DNA of 64,000 bases. Source: an uncultured bacterium. Lineage in GTDB: Bacteria; Desulfobacterota; Desulfobaccia; Desulfobaccales; 0-14-0-80-60-11. The notes under the pieces were generated by a model, which worked only from the letters and a program-made list of their open reading frames with translations, was not told the DNA's origin and searched no databases. Shown one piece after another: positions 47,093 through 54,356 of the stretch (the first letter of the stretch is position 1; the number at the start of each line of letters is the position of its first letter). Location of the stretch: assembly GCA_937943575.1 (NCBI GenBank), contig CALEAV010000001.1, positions 20,375 to 84,374 of the forward strand. The letters are read 5' to 3'. Both the position numbers and the translations under genes were made by a program.

Positions 47093-47117
47093 GCAGGTTC
47101 GAATCCTGCCAGGCGCC
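47093..47117 (+). other. orphan tRNA-like 3' fragment (T-arm plus acceptor 3' strand)
   Basis: GCAGG-TTCGAAT-CCTGC is followed by CAGGCGCC. No complementary 5' acceptor (GCGCCTG) lies within 100 nt upstream, so it is not a complete tRNA. It differs from the tRNA-Ala 3' end. Confidence 0.4.
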
Positions 47118-48791
47118 GAGGATTTCAACCGGTTGCCCACCGGGCCCCTACACCGCAAAAATCGGGGGTCAGCATTGTGCAGGGCCACCGCAGGCCCCCC
47201 GGGGCAGCCTGAAATGAGCCTCACCTGAACCTCAGCGTGCCGGGCCGTCTTCTGCAAGCCCCCAGGGTCTCCCCACCCCCTGGGCGCTCCGTGGGAGGAG
47301 CCCGGAAGCGACAAAGATGGCGGGACGCGTTTGCCAGCCCTCCCGCCGTCGCCTCTCAGCTTCACAGACCCGGCCTCACCCCCGCCGACACCCCCAAAAG
47401 CCACAGACTTACGGAGGGCTGCATCTCCCCCCACCGCCCTTCCGTAACCCGGCCGCAGCGGCGTCTCCCCGGATTCCCCCGTCACCCCCGACTGGACCAG
47501 CTGCGGGGGCGGAATTTCTGCCTATTCCTTTGTCGAAAGATTCCAGTTTCTCTGATTTTTTCCCTGTTTCCTTTCGTCCGGCATCGGTTCTCCCTAAGGC
47601 TCGCAGCCCACGTCCGCCTTCCTTCCCCGGGGAAGCCCACGCGGGAACGTGTTGAAAAACCCAGGATATTTTATTCCAGCCGCGCCATCAGATTGCGTGG
47701 GCCATGATTCATCGCCGGATCGAGGGCCTCATTCCAAAGGATGCAGCCTTCCGGGTGGCTGCCCTAAGACCCCTGGGGAAGAGCCTGTTAAGCCACGGAT
47801 GGAGCCACGCCCCCGCTGTGTCCCCCTTCCCGGCCAAAGCGCCCCCGTTCTTTCCAGAGGTGCCATGGCTTCTTCCGGCATGCCCCCCCGTCGATCCCCC
47901 TCACCTTGGCTCCCCCTTTTCAGCACGCCACCGGTGCCCCAAGGGGGGCCGGGAGCCTCAGGTCATTTCGCCCCGCCAGGAGAGACTGAAAGGCGGGGAG
48001 ACAGGACCCTTATGACAGGACGGGAGACTGCTGCCATGGGTTCCCTGCCGATTGCTCTCCTCAAGAGATCGGCCGGATCTTTTCGGAACATTTTTCAATT
48101 TTTTCCCGGAAGCGATTCTTCTGTTTTTGTAGTTAACTGTTGTCATTTAATGAATCAGGCTGAAGGGAAATTCGACCGCAATCTCTTTAAAGTGAATGGC
48201 AGTTTATCACGGACTGTTTCCATCCCGGGTCAATTTATCCTGCGGCCGGCCTGGGCCATTCTTCCCGGGGCCTTCCCATCGCCGACCTGATCACGGTTTG
48301 GGCTGCGGCGGTCTGACCCCGGCCGCCGGAAAAGGCGCCTCCTCTCCCTCTGAGTCCTCCGGCCCGGCGGGGTGCCCAAAGAATTCGGGAGCGTCAGGAG
48401 ACGACGTGGAGAAGGTCTGCCGGCATTTGCTCTCCAAATTGACCGCCCCGAAAGGGTGCCGGCGGGGGGCGGCATGTCGCCCCCGGATGCTCCTGCATGA
48501 AGGGGGCACAGGAGCCGCGGCGCCCCACCCTCCCCGGGGATCATCAAGGTGGGAAATATTGCGTACTCAAAAATGGTAATTTTTGCCTATATACAAGCTG
48601 CCCCACATATCTCATGTTTAAGCTAAAGCTGCCATGACCGGGGGGACCGGCAGCCGGCGGCAGATGAGGAGGCTGGACCCTGCGGCCGCCTCGTCGGATG
48701 AGCGTTACGAGCCTGGGCCCTGAGGATCATCCGGGCCAGCCACCCCGGGGCGGAGCTTTCAGGCGTCCGGTCCGGAGACAAGGAGGACCCC

Positions 48792-50207
48792 ATGAAGCGT
48801 CTGAAGCGACGGGAGTTCGTGAAGTACAGCCTGGGGGGGCTGGTAGGGGTGGCGGTGGGCTCCCGTCTGCCCCTGTCCCCCCTGTTTCAGAGCCAGGCCC
48901 AGGCCCAGAGCAACGTCATCAGCCTCGCCATGGTGGTGGACAGCGTGGAGATGGTGGACACCCTCCCGGTCCCCCACTGGCTTTACGCCCTGGACGGGGT
49001 GCCCAGCCTTCCGGGGCCGGCCATCTTTGCCCTGGCCACTGAGACCTTCACCATCGCGGTGACCAACCATATCAATGACGGCCGCACCCGGCGCTTCGCC
49101 ATCGTGGGGAACTCAGGCGGCAACCCCTATGCCCTCATCAAGCAGTCGCAAAACATCACTTTCGGGCAGACGCAATGGGTGACCATCAATGCCGGGGAGC
49201 TGGCCCCGGGGACGTATCTTTATAAAGATCCCACCCAGGACCCGGTGAGCCGGGTGCTGGGGCTGCATGGGATGCTGGTCATCCTCCCCTCCCTGACGGC
49301 CACCAACCCCTACGGCAGCTTCTCCACCTCCCGGGTGACGGCCCTCTTCAACGCCCTGGGCGTGGGCACCCCCTATGATCCGGAAGCCGTCTTTCCGGGC
49401 CAGCCCTGGTTTGCCACCACCGACGCCAATCCGGCCTACGATCCGGAAAACGGCACCGACTCGGACTTTGAGCACCATGAGGTCTTCGTGGTCAATCCCA
49501 CCGGGCCCCAGTCCCCGGTCTTTGAGCGCTTTCTCTACCGCACCCGCCTGTGGGTGCACCATTCCATCGACCCGGAGCTCAACCGGGCGGTCATCACCCA
49601 GGGCGTCAGCCCGGACCCGCAAACGGTGCGCAGCAATTTCCGTCCCCAGTATTTCAGCCTCAACGGCCGCCAGGGGGGCTTTGCGGCCCACTCCCCGGAC
49701 GTCACCATCGTGGGCACGGTGGGGGAGCCCCACCTCATCCGCCAGGTGAACGCCGGGCTGGCCACCCACTCCCCCCATCTGCATGCCAACCACTTCTACG
49801 TCACCGCGGTGAACAACCAGGTGGGGAGCCGGGGGGTCTATATGGGACTGCCGGAGGGCCAGGATAATCTGGTCTTTCTGGACACCATGACCATGGGGCC
49901 CGAGGACCGGGTGGACTGGCTGGTGCCCATGCTTCGGCCGCCGGACATCCCCCGGGTGCTCACCGACGGCTCCATCCACCGGCCGGGAGAACCCGTGCCG
50001 CCCGGGGCCCGTCTTCTGCCCCTGGGTCAGCTCCTGCCGGAGGAGCTCAACCTGGTGCTCCTGGTGCCCCAGAATCCTTTGACCTGGCCCATGCACAGCC
50101 ACATGGAGATAGACCAGACCGCCGCCGGGGGGAACTACCCCCAAGGCGCGGTGACCCAGATCGAATTCATCGGTGAGTTCGGACAACTGTTTTTCAGCAC
50201 CGGCTGA
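48792..50207 (+). CDS. Tat-exported multicopper-oxidase-like cupredoxin protein carrying only the L3/L4-type His motifs
   Basis: AAGGAGGA precedes the ATG. Twin-arginine signal MKRLKRREFVKYSLGGLVGVAVG. HSPHLHANHF (49767-49784; compare HPxHLHGHxF) and WPMHSHMEID (HSH at 50094-50102; compare HCH). The N-domain equivalents of HWHG/WYHSH are degenerate (TNHINDG, GTYLYKDP). Confidence 0.75.
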   Translation: MKRLKRREFVKYSLGGLVGVAVGSRLPLSPLFQSQAQAQSNVISLAMVVDSVEMVDTLPVPHWLYALDGVPSLPGPAIFALATETFTIAVTNHINDGRTRRFAIVGNSGGNPYALIKQSQNITFGQTQWVTINAGELAPGTYLYKDPTQDPVSRVLGLHGMLVILPSLTATNPYGSFSTSRVTALFNALGVGTPYDPEAVFPGQPWFATTDANPAYDPENGTDSDFEHHEVFVVNPTGPQSPVFERFLYRTRLWVHHSIDPELNRAVITQGVSPDPQTVRSNFRPQYFSLNGRQGGFAAHSPDVTIVGTVGEPHLIRQVNAGLATHSPHLHANHFYVTAVNNQVGSRGVYMGLPEGQDNLVFLDTMTMGPEDRVDWLVPMLRPPDIPRVLTDGSIHRPGEPVPPGARLLPLGQLLPEELNLVLLVPQNPLTWPMHSHMEIDQTAAGGNYPQGAVTQIEFIGEFGQLFFSTG

Positions 50208-50257
50208 GCGGGTTCCCGGGGGAGGTCCCCGGGCTCAGCGGCTAAGGAGATCCGACC

Positions 50258-51778
50258 ATGGCATCGTCACAGCGCTTCGGCACCGCCCGGGACACCTTTT
50301 TCACCGGCATGCCGGAAAATCTTCTGAAGCATGTCTGCCCGCCCACCTTCGGCGGCGGGCCCCTGGACCCGGTCCCTGCAGACCGGGAACTGCGCCGGGA
50401 CCTGCTGGTGAGCCACGATCTGGACCTGCCCCCGGCGGTGGCCGCCAGGCTGGGGAGGGACAAACTGCGGATGTGGATCATCGAAAACGATGATCCGGAC
50501 GCCCCGGGGTCGGCACCCCGGAGGACCTACCCCTCCCCCCTCATCCGTCTGGTCCGGGGGCAGGTGGTGCACGCCCGGGTGGGAGGCAAGTCGGGCACCC
50601 ACACCGTCCACTGGCACGGGATTGAGCCCGTGCCCACCAGCGACGGGGTGGGCAAGCACTCCTTTGAGATCTCCGGCAATTTCACCTATCAGTTCCAGGC
50701 CAATGAGGCCGGCACCTATTTTTATCACTGCCACAAAAATACCACCCTGCACTTCCAGATGGGGCTGTGGGGCGGGCTCATTGTGGATCCCCCCAACCCC
50801 AATATCGCCGGGGACAACAACCTGGGGCTGACCTTCACCGCCCTGACGCCGCCCTACGCCACCCTGGGACCGGGGTATGCCGCCGGGCTGCGCAGTTCCT
50901 TCGGGCTTTCCCCCGGGAACGCCATCCCCTACCACCGGGAGCGCCTCTGGGCGGTGGATTCCCTGGATTCCCGCTGGCACCTGGCCAACCCCAACCACAA
51001 CCTCAACATGCAGGAGTGCCGCCCGGACGATCCGGCCGGGGCGGAGACCTTTTACCGCATCGGCACCGGGGACTTCGATCTCAATGACTTCCGGCCGGAT
51101 GTCTTCACGGTGAGCGGGGTGGTCCTGAACGCCGGCTCCGGACCGCCCTTCACCGGGGTCATTGACCACCCGGACATTGCCATCAGTGCCACTGCCGGGG
51201 AGCTGGTGCTGCTGCGCTATATCAACGCCAGCTACACCATCCAGGAGCTCAGGCTGCCGGTGCCGGCCAGGGTCATCGCCTGGGACGGCCATCCCCTGGG
51301 ACTGCCCGGCTATCACGAATTCGGCAGCCCCTATGTGGTGCCGGCTAACACCCCCATCCGCACCACCAGCGCCCGGCGCCCGGATCTCATTATTGATACC
51401 CGGGGGATGTCTGCCTTTCAGGGGGTGGCCACCCTGCGCCTGTATGACTGGATCAAGGGGGTGACCTCGGCGGGGCTTCTGGCCGAGATCCAGATCCCCA
51501 TCAGCATCGCCGGCGGCCCGGGACCCCAGCCGGCGCCCTTCACGGTCAGCGCCTCGTTCAATCGCCGCAACCGGAGACTGAATGTGGCGACCAATCCGGC
51601 CCAGCCCGCTGCCACCCTGCGGGTCTTTGCGGCGGACCACAGCCGGATCGGCGGCGACTTCCTCCTGGACCGGCGGGGCCGGTTCAGCGGCCGCCTGCCG
51701 GGGACGGCCATTCCCGCCTATGTGCGGGTCATCACGGGCCAGGGGGACTTCGGTCCCTTCCCGGTGGCGGTCAGATAG
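50258..51778 (+). CDS. multicopper-oxidase-like protein carrying only L1/L2-type motifs, no visible signal peptide
   Basis: HTVHWHG (50600-50620) and GTYFYHCHKNTTLHFQMGLWGGLIV (HCH..H..M at 50726-50761). There are no C-terminal HxxHxH/HCH motifs. The N-terminus MASSQRFGTARDTFFTGMPENLLKH lacks a hydrophobic core. Confidence 0.8.
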   Translation: MASSQRFGTARDTFFTGMPENLLKHVCPPTFGGGPLDPVPADRELRRDLLVSHDLDLPPAVAARLGRDKLRMWIIENDDPDAPGSAPRRTYPSPLIRLVRGQVVHARVGGKSGTHTVHWHGIEPVPTSDGVGKHSFEISGNFTYQFQANEAGTYFYHCHKNTTLHFQMGLWGGLIVDPPNPNIAGDNNLGLTFTALTPPYATLGPGYAAGLRSSFGLSPGNAIPYHRERLWAVDSLDSRWHLANPNHNLNMQECRPDDPAGAETFYRIGTGDFDLNDFRPDVFTVSGVVLNAGSGPPFTGVIDHPDIAISATAGELVLLRYINASYTIQELRLPVPARVIAWDGHPLGLPGYHEFGSPYVVPANTPIRTTSARRPDLIIDTRGMSAFQGVATLRLYDWIKGVTSAGLLAEIQIPISIAGGPGPQPAPFTVSASFNRRNRRLNVATNPAQPAATLRVFAADHSRIGGDFLLDRRGRFSGRLPGTAIPAYVRVITGQGDFGPFPVAVR

Positions 51779-51992
51779 GGGCACAGGGGGAAGTCAGGGC
51801 GAACGCCGCCTCTGCCCCGGGGGGCGCCTGAGCCCGTGCCTGAAAGGAGAGGGGGCCAAGGGGCCATATCCTCCCAGCCCCCTCCCAGGGCGGCTGAAAC
51901 GGGTGCCAGACGGCGCCGGGAGGAGACCGGGGGTGCTCCTCCCCCGGCGACCATGCAATAAACAGCAGCCCCCTTTTTGAGATCCACAATCC

Positions 51993-54356
51993 ATGGAAAA
52001 CCCTCATCCGGGAAAACCCACCGAGCCGCCGCCCGCCGGGGACAGCCTCCCTGGCCGGCTCCGGCGGCTGTTTTCCGGCAAGCACTCCCTCCTGCTGGTG
52101 TTGATCCTGCTGGCTGCCTTCCTGACCGGCACCTTTTATGGTTCTTTCCGGGCGCGGCCGGCCCCTCCGACGCCCCGGCGCATCCTTTACTATGTGGATC
52201 CCATGAACCCGGCCCACACCTCGCCGGAGCCGGGCCTGGCGCCCTGCGGCATGCCCCTGGAGCCGGTGTATGCCGAGGGCCCGGACGAGGGGCCGCCGCC
52301 TTTTTTGGCCCCGGGCGCGGTGCGCATCACGCCGGAGAAGCAGCAGCTGCTGGGAGTGCGCCTGGGGGTGGTGGAAAAGGCCCCCTTCACCCATAAGGTG
52401 CGCACCCTGGCCCGGGTGGCGGCGGATGAGTCCCGCCTCTATCGTCTCACCTCCTTTCTGGAGGGCTGGGTGAAGACGGTGCACCCCTACACCACCGGGA
52501 GCCTGGTGGTGAAGGATGAGCCTCTGGCCACCCTGGGGAGCCGGGAGATCATCAACGAAGTGCAGATCTACCTCTCCACCCTGGGCCAGATCGACCGCTC
52601 CCCCGCAGACGACCGGCAGCTTTTTGTCAACTACCAGGTGCGGGTGCGCAAGGCGGAGGAGGCCCTCCTCAACCTGGGGATGAGCCCCCGGCAGATCAGG
52701 GAGCTGGCCGCCACCCGGCGCTACGCCCAGGAAGTGGAGCTGGCGGCGCCGGCCACCAGCTTCGTCCTGTCCCGGAACCTCTCCCCCGGGCAGCGGGTCT
52801 CCCGGGGGGATGAACTCTACCGCCTGGCGGACTTGAGCCGGGTGTGGCTGGTCACCGATCTCACCGAACAGGAGATCCCCTTTGTGCGGCCGGGAAAGAA
52901 GGCGTCGGCCCGGACTTTCCGGGGCAATCTGGCGTTGGAGGCGGCGGTGACCGAGGTGCCGCCGGAGTTCGACGCCGGCAGTCGTACCTTCCGGGCCCGC
53001 CTGGAGTCCGACAACCCCGGCTACTCCTTGCGTCCCGGCATGTTCCTGGAGGTGGAGCTCCCCCTGGATCTCCCGGAGACCGTCAGCGTGCCCGTGGACG
53101 CCGTCCTGGACACCGGCCGCACCAAGCGGGTCTTTGTGGACCGGGGCCACGGCTATTTTGAGCCCCGGCGGGTGGCCACCGGCTGGCGCTTCGGCGACCG
53201 GGTGGAGATCACCCACGGGCTCGCCCCCGGGGAGCGCATCGTGGTCTCCGGGAATTTCCTGGTGGACTCCGAGAGCCGCATGAAGCTGGCGGCGGCAGGC
53301 TTTGCCGGGGGGGTGGCCCGGGATCCGGTGAGCGGCGTTTATGTGGATGAGGGCAAGGCCAGGGCTGCAGGTCTGGTGAGCCACCACCGGGGGCGAACCT
53401 TTTATTTCCACTCCGAGGAGGCCAGGCGCCTCTTTGAGCGCTATCCCGAACGTTATGGGGAGGGGCCGGCGCACCTCCCCGACACGGCGGCGGCCTCCCC
53501 GCCGGTCGTCTCCGCCACCTCCCCCTGCCCGGTCTGCGGCCAGGCGGTGGACCACACCCAGGCGCAGGCCCGGGGCTGGGTCAGTGAGCATCAGGGCCGC
53601 ACCTACTATTTTTGCCGCTACCCCTGCAACCGGGAATTCGACCGCCATCCGGAACGCTATGTACAGAGAGGGGACCCCGGGCGCGTCCCCGCCGCCGCTT
53701 CGGCAAAGGAGGGGCCCCTCATCGTCCGGGATCCGGTGTGCGGCCTGGAGGTGAACCCGGAAGAGGCCCGGGCCCGGTGGCTCAAGCGCACTTACCGGGG
53801 CCAGGAATACCATTTCTGCCGGGACTGGTGTGCCCGGCGCTTTGATGAGGCGCCGGAGAGGTATGCGCCGGCCCCGGGTCCGCCGGCGACCCCGGCACCG
53901 GAGCCGCCCGGTCCAGTTCCCGCCGCCGCTCCGGCGGCTCCCCCGGCCCTGCCGGAGTCCCCACCCGGCGCCCAGGCCGTCGACCCGGTCTGCGGGATGC
54001 CGGCGGACACCACCGGGAAGGAGGTGCTTTCCACCCTGCATGAGGGCAAGGTGTATTATTTCTGCAGCGACCGCTGCAAGGAACAGTTCGACCTGGACCC
54101 GCAGCGCTATCTGAAGGAGGCCGCCCCGGCCATGAGCCCGCCGGCAGCCCCGGCTCCCGGACCGGCGGCGGGTGAGCCGGCTCCGAACCCGCCTCCGCAT
54201 GGGGTTGGGGAGAGAGGTGGTGCGCCGGAGGCGGGCCGGCCCCCGGGGCGGCTCCGGGCCCGGGTGCCCCGGCCGGGGATGACCCAGCCGGTCCCTCCCC
54301 CGGTCGCCCCCCCAGAACCCGCGCCCGTGCCCCTGGGGTCCCACGGCCATGATTAA
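51993..54356 (+). CDS. cusB: heavy-metal efflux RND periplasmic adaptor (CusB-like) with an N-terminal metal-binding motif and four C-terminal YHS/TRASH-like repeats
   Basis: TM anchor, then YYVDPMNPAHTSPEPGLAPCGMPLEP, a biotinyl-lipoyl/beta-barrel MFP core and VVSGNFLVDSES. Four repeats follow: GRTFYFHSEEARRLFERYPERY, GRTYYFCRYPCNREFDRHPERY, GQEYHFCRDWCARRFDEAPERY, GKVYYFCSDRCKEQFDLDPQRY. Confidence 0.85.
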   Translation: MENPHPGKPTEPPPAGDSLPGRLRRLFSGKHSLLLVLILLAAFLTGTFYGSFRARPAPPTPRRILYYVDPMNPAHTSPEPGLAPCGMPLEPVYAEGPDEGPPPFLAPGAVRITPEKQQLLGVRLGVVEKAPFTHKVRTLARVAADESRLYRLTSFLEGWVKTVHPYTTGSLVVKDEPLATLGSREIINEVQIYLSTLGQIDRSPADDRQLFVNYQVRVRKAEEALLNLGMSPRQIRELAATRRYAQEVELAAPATSFVLSRNLSPGQRVSRGDELYRLADLSRVWLVTDLTEQEIPFVRPGKKASARTFRGNLALEAAVTEVPPEFDAGSRTFRARLESDNPGYSLRPGMFLEVELPLDLPETVSVPVDAVLDTGRTKRVFVDRGHGYFEPRRVATGWRFGDRVEITHGLAPGERIVVSGNFLVDSESRMKLAAAGFAGGVARDPVSGVYVDEGKARAAGLVSHHRGRTFYFHSEEARRLFERYPERYGEGPAHLPDTAAASPPVVSATSPCPVCGQAVDHTQAQARGWVSEHQGRTYYFCRYPCNREFDRHPERYVQRGDPGRVPAAASAKEGPLIVRDPVCGLEVNPEEARARWLKRTYRGQEYHFCRDWCARRFDEAPERYAPAPGPPATPAPEPPGPVPAAAPAAPPALPESPPGAQAVDPVCGMPADTTGKEVLSTLHEGKVYYFCSDRCKEQFDLDPQRYLKEAAPAMSPPAAPAPGPAAGEPAPNPPPHGVGERGGAPEAGRPPGRLRARVPRPGMTQPVPPPVAPPEPAPVPLGSHGHD

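Noticed and set aside
48574-48586. TGGTAATTTTTGC upstream of the copper-oxidase genes looked like a sigma-54 promoter.
   Set aside because: GG and GC are separated by 8 nt, not the required 10.
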